A stretch of DNA of 32,315 nt, taken from the IMG/VR virus record IMGVR_UViG_3300037590_000072, positions 1-32,315 of that record. One strand, written 5' to 3'. Position 1 is the first letter of the stretch, and each line of letters starts with the position of its first letter. The notes under the pieces are model-generated. The model saw only the letters and a list, made by a program, of their open reading frames with translations, did not search any database and was not told where the DNA came from. This document shows, piece by piece, positions 1 through 9,200 of the stretch. The translations under genes were made by a program, and so were the position numbers. The DNA comes from a virus. Taxonomy: Duplodnaviria > Caudoviricetes.

Positions 1-288
1 GGAATAACATACTTGGACGAATTTGTAATTTGTGATGAAGCTCAGAATATTACTGTAAGTCAAATGAAAATGATTATTACTAGATTAGGAAAAAGATCAA
101 AATTAATTTTCTGTGGAGATATTAACCAAATAGATTTGAAAAGAAAAAAAGATTCAGGCTTAGGTTATTTAATAGAAGCAGGAAAAAATATAGAAGGTTT
201 TGTAAACATAGAACTTAAAACTAATCATCGACATGATATTGTAAGCGAATTCATTGAATCCTTTGATAGGTTAGATTCAGATAGTTAA
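1..288 (+). CDS. phoH: PhoH-family ATPase, C-terminal part (5' truncated by window)
   Basis: Frame is open from position 1 (GITYLDEFVICDEAQN...). Has the PhoH motifs DEAQN, TRLG, GDINQIDL and a terminal HRH. Confidence 0.93.
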   Translation, partial: GITYLDEFVICDEAQNITVSQMKMIITRLGKRSKLIFCGDINQIDLKRKKDSGLGYLIEAGKNIEGFVNIELKTNHRHDIVSEFIESFDRLDSDS

Positions 289-297
289 GATATATAG
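289..297 (+). promoter_or_regulatory. Putative phage late-promoter motif RATATATAR
   Basis: GATATATAG 20 nt upstream of the GTG at 318; the same motif recurs in many intergenic regions. Confidence 0.55.
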
Positions 298-317
298 TTA
301 AAATATTTTAATCAATT

Positions 318-803
318 GTGGGAATAAAAGAACTAAAACAAGATATTTCTATTAAACTAAAAGTATTAGAAAAATTATGGTACGATTCTATTATTGGAGT
401 AGCATTAGTTTCTAGAGAAGGAAGAGTATTACATTGTAACAGTGCATTATCTAATTTATTAGGATATACAACAGTAGAACTACAAGAAAAAACATTTCAA
501 GAATTTACTTACGAAGAAGACATTAACCCAGACGTTTCTATGGTTAATAGATTAGTAGAAGGTTTAGACGATGATTATGTAATGCAGAAAAGATATATTA
601 CTAAAACAGGTCAAGTAATTTGGGCGCTTTTAAAAGTATCTGCAGTTAGAGATGATGAAGGAAATTTTATAATGCTAGTAGCTCAAGTACAAGAATTAAA
701 CTGTATAGATATTACTAATTCTTTACATGATATGTTATCAAAAGAAATGGATAAAAAAGAATCTTGGTGGATTAGATTTTTAAAATTTATAGGAATTAAA
801 TAA
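318..803 (+). CDS. Standalone PAS/PAC-domain protein with C-terminal amphipathic tail
   Basis: PAS signature IGVALVSREGRVLHCNSALSNLLGYT...FQEFTYEED and PAC-like KRYITKTGQVIW...VRDDEGNFIMLVAQVQE. No kinase or output domain. Ends WWIRFLKFIGIK. Confidence 0.85.
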   Translation: MGIKELKQDISIKLKVLEKLWYDSIIGVALVSREGRVLHCNSALSNLLGYTTVELQEKTFQEFTYEEDINPDVSMVNRLVEGLDDDYVMQKRYITKTGQVIWALLKVSAVRDDEGNFIMLVAQVQELNCIDITNSLHDMLSKEMDKKESWWIRFLKFIGIK

Positions 804-1279
804 TGAAAGATACAAAATTAATATCAGCTTTTCCTGGATGTGGAAAATCATACGCTTTTAAAAATTATAAAGATATAGAAATTGCTGATAGTGATAGTAG
901 CAAATTTGATAAAAAAAATTTTCCAGAAAATTACATTCAACATATTAAAGATAATATAGGAAAAAAAGATATTATTATGATAAGTTCTCATAAAGAAGTG
1001 AGAGATGCTTTAGTTAAAGAAGGGTTATCTTTTATTTTAGTATATCCTGAAAAAGAAATAAAAGAAGAATTTCTACAAAGATATAAAGATAGAAAAAGTC
1101 CTAAAGCTTTTATTGATTTATTAGATAAAAATTGGGAAGCTTGGATTAATGAATTAGAAAATCAAATTAATTGTACTCACATTAAATTATCTAAAGGAGA
1201 ATATTTATCAGATCATTTAAAAGAAATATATCCTAAAAGTATTATAGAAAGTTTTAGAGAATTTCACAACTTATCTTAA
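803..1279 (+). CDS. Small P-loop NTPase / kinase-like phage protein
   Basis: N-terminal Walker A-like SAFPGCGKS, then DSDSS; start overlaps the upstream stop (TAATG). Confidence 0.7.
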   Translation: MKDTKLISAFPGCGKSYAFKNYKDIEIADSDSSKFDKKNFPENYIQHIKDNIGKKDIIMISSHKEVRDALVKEGLSFILVYPEKEIKEEFLQRYKDRKSPKAFIDLLDKNWEAWINELENQINCTHIKLSKGEYLSDHLKEIYPKSIIESFREFHNLS

Positions 1280-3322
1280 TTGACCCATTTCAAAATTTTG
1301 TAAATCTAAATTAGGTAAAGCATTATCAATTACTAAAGCTCTTCCATCATTATCAATTAAATTTCTACTTAAATATCCATGATGTTTATCAGCTTCTAAA
1401 TGTTCCTCAAATACTCTTATATTTGTTAACTTAATAGGAGAGTCAAGTAGATTTAGAACTCCTGTAGAAGTTTTTGTTATACTTGTAAAGGTATCTTCTA
1501 CAAAATGTTCAACTTGTTGCATTCCACCAGAAGTAGTATTTCCTTCTACCTCATAAATAGTTAAAGACAGTTGTCTAAATCTTAAGTTAAATGAAACTAC
1601 AAAAGCATACCAAATGTCTTCTGCTAATTTATCTTCTAATAGGTATGTGTAACTAGAACCAAAATATTTAAGTGTTATAGAGTGACTTTCTGTGATAAAT
1701 AATTTAATTCCTTCATCTTCTATATCAGCAGTAAAGTTTCTTTCTCTAGTAGTAAAATCATATTCATTTGATCCTGAAACTAAAATATTTCTTTCTACTG
1801 TAAGAGAAACCAAATCAACATCTGCTACATCAAATGTATTATTTAAGGTGCAAGATATTTCATTTCTATCTGTATTAATAGAAGATATTGTCGCAGAACC
1901 TAAGAATTTTTTCAAACTACTAGTTTTTTGCCACAATGAAATACTTCTTCCTACCTGATAACCATCATGGAATGATCCTACAGAAAGAGTAACATTATAA
2001 TCGGAACCCGAAAAAAGAACCATTGAAGCATTTAAAGAAGTCGTTTTTATTTTATACAATGAAAATAGTCCCGTAATAGTAGATGCTTTATCCTGTTCTA
2101 CATTAAAAGGCATTTTATAAGATACTGCTAAATCTGGATCTCTTTCATGTTTCCATAATTTATGTAAGTCGTATTGATAATTAGAAATCAAAGTATAATA
2201 ATTTCTAACATTATCTTCAGAGTATTTCATACTTGGATGAATATAATTTCTCACAGTATCTAAATCATTATCATTTAATTTAAGTTGGCTTCTATTAATA
2301 ATGTCTTCTGATTCTTCTACTATCTCATCCTTAAATTGATCAAGCCCTTTTAATTTAGTATCTAATTCAGATTGTAAAGTCGTATCATCAATAAGTACAT
2401 TTGCACGTTTTTCATATTTAGTTAATGTAAGCTTCCAATAAGCAGGTTTCATGTTGAATCCTCTTACTAAATAAGAAGAAGCAACTTCATACATTCTGTT
2501 TACTAGCGGAAAATAAAGATAATCATATTGTTGTGGAATAGTTCTTTCATCATAGATCTTTTTAAAATATTGATCCGTTATATGAATTTCCATAAATTCT
2601 CCATAGTTCATTCCATAAGGATTAAACTCAAAATTATTATCTGGAAAACTATTATCCGGAACAATTACTTTTAAACATTTAATATCATCTTCTGATACAT
2701 TAAATAAATTCCATTCTCTTAATACTAAATCTTTTCCTTTTTTATTATTTTCCCTAACCTTAATATAGTCTACTTTATGACCCCACATCTCTTGAACTTG
2801 TTCGTTCAAGTCGTTATACATTCTTTCACCTGCCCCTAAATCATAAGGATCATAATAAAATTCTTTTTCGTGATCTAAGCCAGTATCGTTTCCAACAGAA
2901 GAAGGTTCGGCAGGTTTAGTTATCGCAACAGGATCAGAATCGGCAGTAACTTCAGTTGAATCTACAGTTACATTAGAAACTTCTACGTAATCAACATCTT
3001 CATCCCAAGTATCAGCAATATCTATTTTTACAACTTCTATTTCTACAGAAGTATTACAATTTTCATCTACATAAACATCAGCAAAATCTTTTTCCATAGA
3101 AACTTCAAATTCATCTAAGTTATACCAATCTGAATAATAAGTTTCATTAGCATTTAATCTAAATCTTATATCTAAATAAGAATATTGTAATTCTAGATTT
3201 GCTCCTATAGTTGCTTCTTTAGTAGACGTTATTGTTCTATTTATTGCATCTACTGATGAAATTTTTCCTAAATCAACTTTGTAATTTAGTTTATCACCTA
3301 TGTATATTAATTTATCTGACAA
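1271..3322 (-). CDS. Virion neck/head-completion protein (T4 gp14-like core) with extra N- and C-terminal domains
   Basis: Central WGHKVDYIK...EIHITDQYF...PQQYDYLYFPLVNRMYEV...YWKLTLTKY resembles gp14-type neck proteins. C-terminus is beta-rich (DIWYAFVVSFN), LamG-like. TTG start. Confidence 0.6.
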   Translation of the reverse strand: MSDKLIYIGDKLNYKVDLGKISSVDAINRTITSTKEATIGANLELQYSYLDIRFRLNANETYYSDWYNLDEFEVSMEKDFADVYVDENCNTSVEIEVVKIDIADTWDEDVDYVEVSNVTVDSTEVTADSDPVAITKPAEPSSVGNDTGLDHEKEFYYDPYDLGAGERMYNDLNEQVQEMWGHKVDYIKVRENNKKGKDLVLREWNLFNVSEDDIKCLKVIVPDNSFPDNNFEFNPYGMNYGEFMEIHITDQYFKKIYDERTIPQQYDYLYFPLVNRMYEVASSYLVRGFNMKPAYWKLTLTKYEKRANVLIDDTTLQSELDTKLKGLDQFKDEIVEESEDIINRSQLKLNDNDLDTVRNYIHPSMKYSEDNVRNYYTLISNYQYDLHKLWKHERDPDLAVSYKMPFNVEQDKASTITGLFSLYKIKTTSLNASMVLFSGSDYNVTLSVGSFHDGYQVGRSISLWQKTSSLKKFLGSATISSINTDRNEISCTLNNTFDVADVDLVSLTVERNILVSGSNEYDFTTRERNFTADIEDEGIKLFITESHSITLKYFGSSYTYLLEDKLAEDIWYAFVVSFNLRFRQLSLTIYEVEGNTTSGGMQQVEHFVEDTFTSITKTSTGVLNLLDSPIKLTNIRVFEEHLEADKHHGYLSRNLIDNDGRALVIDNALPNLDLQNFEMGQLR

Positions 3323-3353
3323 TTGTTCTTCTTATTTACTTTACACTAGTAAA

Positions 3354-3362
3354 CTATATATC
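3354..3362 (-). promoter_or_regulatory. Putative late-promoter motif
   Basis: GATATATAG on the minus strand upstream of the neck gene. Confidence 0.55.
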
Positions 3363-4028
3363 CTAGGAAAAATCAGAAGATATAGAATTAAAATCTTCAG
3401 AAGCATTGATAATTTTTTGGGTAGGATCAATAGAGCTTTCTATTTTAGGATTAGGATATGCTAATATTTTAGAAGATCTATAAAAATTATGAAATGGTTG
3501 TAATTTAAAATAACACACATCTATTACATCATAATTGTTTTCATAATAATTTAAAATAGTATCATAAAAATTTTCGTTTATAATATATGCACATGCTAAA
3601 GTACTTCCTGTTGTTTTACTCCAATATTTATTATTATTTGAGGGAAGTTGCGGAATTTGAACATTACATACTAAATATGCTACATTCCAGTTATCAGGCA
3701 ATTCTTTAAAATATTCTTCTAAAAGGCTTTTAAAAGAGTTTCTAATTAACGTATCATCTTCAAATATTAAAATGTTTTTATGCCCTAAAGATTTAGAAAT
3801 TTGAATACAATTTAAATGCGCTAAAGTAGCAGCTATTTCATTAGGATGTTGAATGTGTACATTACTAGTAAATTTTAACTTTAATAATTCATGTAAAGTA
3901 TTAAATATAGGTAAAGGACCTGAAATATAAAATTCAAAATCTATTCCTAATTCATCTAATCTATTTTTAATTATTTTCCTTCTTTCAAAAGAAGTAGATG
4001 CTGATATTACCCATACTTTATCAATCAT
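3363..4028 (-). CDS. Glycosyltransferase family 25-like protein
   Basis: VWVIS...ERR, E...LAH, ILIFEDD, LACAYII and VID match the GT25 pattern. The likely start is the ATG at 4028 (ATGA overlap with the ligase stop), not 4058. Confidence 0.8.
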   Translation of the reverse strand: MIDKVWVISASTSFERRKIIKNRLDELGIDFEFYISGPLPIFNTLHELLKLKFTSNVHIQHPNEIAATLAHLNCIQISKSLGHKNILIFEDDTLIRNSFKSLLEEYFKELPDNWNVAYLVCNVQIPQLPSNNNKYWSKTTGSTLACAYIINENFYDTILNYYENNYDVIDVCYFKLQPFHNFYRSSKILAYPNPKIESSIDPTQKIINASEDFNSISSDFS

Positions 4029-4816
4029 ACATTCTCCAAATAGGAATATTGAGACCATTTATACTTATCATAATCTATTAACTTAGCAGGTTTCCAATTA
4101 TTAGTCCAATGTTCATCAGTTTGAACATGACCTTTTCTAACAACTTTAAATAGATTATTAAATTCGTTTGATGATACTTTAATACCACCACAATTGGTTA
4201 AAAAACTATTTTTATTTCTAACTACAAATCCTTCTGAAGCAGATTCTCCTGTAATAACATCCTTTCCTCCAAGTTTACCTGGAGTATTTACATAATATTC
4301 CCAAGACATTCCTAAATTATCAGTAAACCAATTTTCTAATCTAAGGTTTTCATTATATGCTTTATAGTTAGATAATTGTTTGTCAAATTGAATTTCTGGA
4401 ACTGTAGGAAAATCAAACATTTCTGCTATTTCTTTAACATCATCCCAAGAAGCCCAATAACTACCTTGTCTTACTCCAAAAACATAAAAATAAGATTCTA
4501 ATTTATCATATTCAATAGAATGTACTCCATACATATTCTCACCAAATATTTCTATATCATCCAAATCATCTTTAATTAATTCCCATCTTTCTCTTAATGG
4601 TTTATCCCAAGGAAGTATAGAAGGAGCAGCATGAGACCTAGCAAATAATCCATGTTTAGAAAAACAATTATTTTGTCCGTCTAACTTTTCAGTTATAACT
4701 AAGTCCATTTCAGAAAAATATTGAACATATCCAGGAGGCATAAACCTATCGTCAGAAGTAGATCCTAAACTAATTCCGGCGTGTAATGTTCTATTATATT
4801 TTTCTGATTCATTCAT
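4025..4816 (-). CDS. ATP-dependent RNA ligase family protein (Rnl2-like nucleotidyltransferase)
   Basis: Motif I TEKLDGQN, motif III FGEN, IIIa FYVFGV, IV EGFVVR, V KVVR. Confidence 0.85.
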   Translation of the reverse strand: MNESEKYNRTLHAGISLGSTSDDRFMPPGYVQYFSEMDLVITEKLDGQNNCFSKHGLFARSHAAPSILPWDKPLRERWELIKDDLDDIEIFGENMYGVHSIEYDKLESYFYVFGVRQGSYWASWDDVKEIAEMFDFPTVPEIQFDKQLSNYKAYNENLRLENWFTDNLGMSWEYYVNTPGKLGGKDVITGESASEGFVVRNKNSFLTNCGGIKVSSNEFNNLFKVVRKGHVQTDEHWTNNWKPAKLIDYDKYKWSQYSYLENV

Positions 4817-4966
4817 TTAATTATTAGGAGTTTGTTCTATAAATTCTATATTTCCTTTAATATTTGATTTCTCAAACCATTGACGAAGTTCTTTTTCGTC
4901 TTTAGCATTAATTTCCTTGTACGTTAATTCTTTTGTATCTTGTTTAACTGTTATATTAAATTTCAT
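4817..4966 (-). CDS. Small hypothetical protein, 49 aa (not in ORF track)
   Basis: MKFNITVKQDTKELTYKEINAKDEKELRQWFEKSNIKGNIEFIEQTPNN; AAAAGG upstream; its TAA directly abuts the ligase ATG. Confidence 0.7.
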   Translation of the reverse strand: MKFNITVKQDTKELTYKEINAKDEKELRQWFEKSNIKGNIEFIEQTPNN

Positions 4967-5021
4967 CTATTACCTTTTGTTTGTTAAAAATTTTACATTT
5001 ATAATTTTATTAAAATAAATA

Positions 5022-5054
5022 AAATACTCTACTATAAAAAATAATAGAGTATTT
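5022..5054 (-). terminator. Hairpin / possible intrinsic terminator after the endonuclease gene
   Basis: AAATACTCTA (5022-5031) pairs with TAGAGTATTT (5045-5054); U-rich tract follows on the minus strand. Confidence 0.5.
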
Positions 5055-6108
5055 ATTTTAGATTTTCATTTTGATTAATATAATTATAAAAATCTGAATA
5101 ATCTTTATCTAAAATAAAAATATATTCTTTATTTAATTCTTCTATCACCTTTCTCTTTATATCAAATATTTCTTGACCTCCTTGTTTTTCTAATATCCAA
5201 GAAGATTTTATTTCTATTTCATCTTCAAATATACTAAAATCTGTTAAAAAATTTCTTTCTTTTCCATCTAAATTAATATATTTATATGTATTTCCATTTT
5301 TCACATGATTTAAAATATTTAAAGATTCACAAATTTCTAAAAATTCTTTTTCATAACTACTCTGATAATATAAATCAGTATCTTTAAATTGGCGCGTTCT
5401 ATAAAGTTTTATCTCTCCTGACCTAACTCTTTTAATATAAGTAGAACTTGTTTTTTTAACAACTTCTTCATCAAACATTGGGTTATCATTTTTCATTCTT
5501 TTAGAAGCTTCCCTTCTAAATTTTTCTGTTTGTGAAATATGTTCTACTCCATATTTATTCATCATTGTTTTTTTCATAACATTTGGATCAAATGCTCCGT
5601 TTTTATATTTATTTCGTTTTGTAATTACACCTTTTCTAGCATTTTCTTTATGATCCACTTTAGACTGTATTTCTTTAACTATTTCAGAAATTTGAAATAC
5701 ATTTTCAACACCATATTTTTCTCTAACAGTTTCCTTTATTTTTTCCTGATTCCAATAGCCAGGTTTACATGTAGGATGACAATACATATTGGGTTTTGCT
5801 CGTACAAATTTTACTTCATTATTACATTTTGGATTTTTACATTTAGGAATTCCATTCTTCTTAATATACTCTTTAATTCTTTCTTTATAAAAGAAATGAT
5901 TTTCAGCGTAATCTTTAAATTTTCCTCTGCGAAATACTGGAATTTTATTGCATCCACATTTACATAAAGGAGGGATGTTATTATATTCAAATTTTATAAC
6001 ATATTCTTCTAGTGTAATATCATGACATTTATGTAAATGTCTAGTAAACATTCCTGATTTATAATTATGTTTTTCTCCACAGAGCTGGCATTCTTTTTTA
6101 TTCGTCAT
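5053..6108 (-). CDS. Putative free-standing homing endonuclease (Zn-binding and helical DNA-binding repeats plus PD-(D/E)xK-like nuclease)
   Basis: CxxC..H..H, CKCGC and CKNPKC motifs; two KYGVEN/KYGVEH repeats; C-terminal YQSSYEKEF...LTDF...EIKSSW. Lies directly downstream of the RNR gene. Confidence 0.7.
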   Translation of the reverse strand: MTNKKECQLCGEKHNYKSGMFTRHLHKCHDITLEEYVIKFEYNNIPPLCKCGCNKIPVFRRGKFKDYAENHFFYKERIKEYIKKNGIPKCKNPKCNNEVKFVRAKPNMYCHPTCKPGYWNQEKIKETVREKYGVENVFQISEIVKEIQSKVDHKENARKGVITKRNKYKNGAFDPNVMKKTMMNKYGVEHISQTEKFRREASKRMKNDNPMFDEEVVKKTSSTYIKRVRSGEIKLYRTRQFKDTDLYYQSSYEKEFLEICESLNILNHVKNGNTYKYINLDGKERNFLTDFSIFEDEIEIKSSWILEKQGGQEIFDIKRKVIEELNKEYIFILDKDYSDFYNYINQNENLK

Positions 6109-6210
6109 ACAACCTTTAATAACTTTTTATTATATATTGAAGGTTGTATGACTTGTAAGTTATGAGCAGCGACTAGAATAACAATCTTGACAAGTCATAC
6201 AGCCTTCAAT
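6104..6210 (-). repeat. Three-copy ~20-nt element (direct / inverted / direct) spanning the RNR 3' end and the endonuclease start
   Basis: 6190-6210 is complementary to 6136-6156 at 20/21; 6135-6152 is complementary to 6104-6121 at 17/18. The last copy contains AAAGG and the ATG. Confidence 0.9.
6130..6138 (-). promoter_or_regulatory. Putative late-promoter motif inside the endonuclease hairpin
   Basis: AATATATAA on the minus strand at the arm/loop junction, 21 nt upstream of the ATG. Confidence 0.5.
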
Positions 6211-9200
6211 CATTGCTATATTTGTACTTCCACAATTTTGACAAGTTGCTCCTTTAATATCATAATCTTCTTTAATATACTTTTTAAGTATTCTAATTGC
6301 GCCTTTTTTCCAAGTAGTAATTAGATCTCCGTCTAAGTTAAGAGTACCTAAAAGATTTACTATGTAGAACATTGGCATTCCATGTCTAAGTAAAGCAGAA
6401 ACCATTCTAGAAACATCTGAGAATTGAGAATCAAAACTTTTCTTTAGATCACCTGCACATATTTTTTCTCCATCTTTTTCATAACAGAAATTATAAACAG
6501 ATTCGCCGTCTTTGTCTTTAGATCTAGTAATTTCACCAACCTCTATAGATGAAGGAATTTGAAATTCTTCTGCAGGACCAGTAAAAATTTCATACGGCTT
6601 ATCTTCTAATTTACCAATAAAGGCTACCCATTTTTCTCCTTTATTTGTAAAGTTATGAACATCTGCTTCTAATACTTTAGGTCTTCTAGGTGCATGATTT
6701 TCTTTAAAGTAATTTTCTATTTCAGTTTCTTTTTTATCTTCTTCTGTTACTAATACCCCTGATCTAGAACCATCTACATAAATAGTAGCTCCTTTACATC
6801 CTGCTTTCCAAGCTGTCATATAAACATCATGTACTACAGATTCAGGAGTGTCTTTAGGTAAGTTCGTTGTTACAGAAATTGAGTGATCAATCCATTTTTG
6901 AATTGCTCCTTGCATTTTAACTTTTTCTACCCAATTTACATCATTTGAAGTTGCTCCATAATAAGGAGATTTTTCAATTAAAGATTGAACTTTTTCTTTT
7001 TCTAAATTTTCTAAGTATGACTTACATTCATTCCATGTATATTTTTCTTCTATTTCTTCTTGTTCTATGTTGTCTATTTCCGATCTTAAATTTCTTTGGT
7101 TAGCTTCAAACCAGTCAATAAATGCTTTATGAAAAACATTATAGTTTTGCCAAGAATCTCCTACTTCATCTACAAAATCAACTCGTGTATTTTTATCAGA
7201 AGGATTAATTTTTCTTCTTCTAGTATAGTTTATCATGAAAGCACATTCTACCCCAGAAGTAGTTTGAGTTAAAATAGATATAGAACCTACTGGAGCAATA
7301 GTTAAAAGTCCAATATTTCTTCTTCCATATTTTCTCATATCTTTAATAAGATCAGAATCTTCTTTTTCTATTCTTTCTATGAAAGGATTATTTTGTTCAT
7401 ATTTTAGATCGAAAATTGGAAAATGTCCTCTTTCTTTTGCTAATTGAACAGAGCTTCTTAAAATTTCAATTGCATATACTTTATGTACTTCTTCTGCAAA
7501 TTCTGTAGCTTCAGGAGTTCCGTACTTTAAACCCATAGCTGCTAACATATCACCTTCACCAGTTACTCCTGATCCAGTTCTTCTACCTTGTTCGCATTTT
7601 TCTCTTAATCTTTTCCATAAATTATATTCTCTATATTTTATTTCTTCTGATTCGGGATCTGCTTCTATTTTAGCTAATATTTGATCTATTTTTTCTAATT
7701 CTAAATCAACTATATTATCCATTATCCTTTGATGTATATGAGAATGTTTTTTAAACAACTCAAAATCAAAATATGCTTCATCAGTAAATTTGTTTTGTAC
7801 GTAACTATATAGGTTTATTACACTTAGGCGACAAGAATCTCCATCAGGTAAGGGAAGTTCCCCACAATTATGAACTAAAATATTGTTAGCAAAGAAGTTA
7901 TGATTATCTTCAACTGTTAGATCATAAACATTTTCAGGCTCAACTTTTGTTATTTTTTTAATGTGAGATTCTATTTTTTTGTTCCCATCATGAAATATTA
8001 AAGTATGATATAACTTTAAGGATTCTGCAGATTTCCAAGATCTCTTATCTTCGTGAGTAACTAAAATTTTATGATTAGGTGTACATTGGAAAGTCGAATC
8101 TTCTGTTTCAATTTCTAATAAATATTCTATTTCTTCTTTAGATTTAGTTTTAAATGCATTTTGTACTTTCTTATATTCTAGAACATTAGTCTTTTCATTT
8201 AATGTTAAAACGTTCACGGTTTTATTTTCTTTTAAATCATTTAATATTGAAATTAAAGAAACTTTACCGTCTTTTGTAGTTACTAGTGTATCAGGAGTCA
8301 AACAAGGATTTGTAGAAATATTATTAAACCCTGGGTAGTGTTCTGCTAAAGATTCAGAAGTTATTTTATCCCAAAATAAAACTCCAGGTTCAGCAGATTT
8401 CCAAGCATTATGCATTATTTTATCCCAAAGAGCTTTAGCTACAATACTTTGAGTTTGTCTAGTTCCATCAATATGATCGTAATATTGAGTAAAACAAATT
8501 TTATCTATTAATTTACTAAATTCATTTTCTATTTTTTTAGGAATTTTTTTCTCTTGATATTTTTCTAAGATAATGTTTTCTAATTCTAAAAATCTTTCAA
8601 CGTCTTTATCAGTAGTTCTATCTACAATTTCCATAAAATCATCTGTTAATTTTACAGAAATATTAGCTCCTGTAACTTTACCTTGTTCCATTTTAGCATC
8701 AATGAAATTTTCGGATTCCGGATGATGGACAAAAATGGATAGCATTCTAGCCCCGCGTCTTCCTGCTTGAGCAACTTCACGAGTAGAATTAGAATATCTT
8801 TCCATGAAAGGAACAATTCCAGTAGAAGTTAAAGCACTATTTTTAACAGGAGATTCTGCTGGACGAATATTAGATAAATCAGAACCAACTCCACCTCTAC
8901 GTTTCATTAATTGAATTTGTTCTTCATCTATTTTAAGAACAGCTCCATAAGAATCTTGAGGACCTTCATTTCCAATTACAAAACAATTTGAAAGAGAAAC
9001 AATTTGAAGATTATTTCCTATTCCTGCCATAGGAGATCCTTGAGGAATAAGGTGTTTAAAATCTTTCATTAAATCATAATATTCTGCAGCTAACATAGGA
9101 TTTTTATATTTAGCATCTATTCTTTCAAATTCAGTTGCTAATCTCCAATGTGTATCATCAGGAGTAGTTTCGTATAAATTACCTTCTGAGTCTTTTAAAT

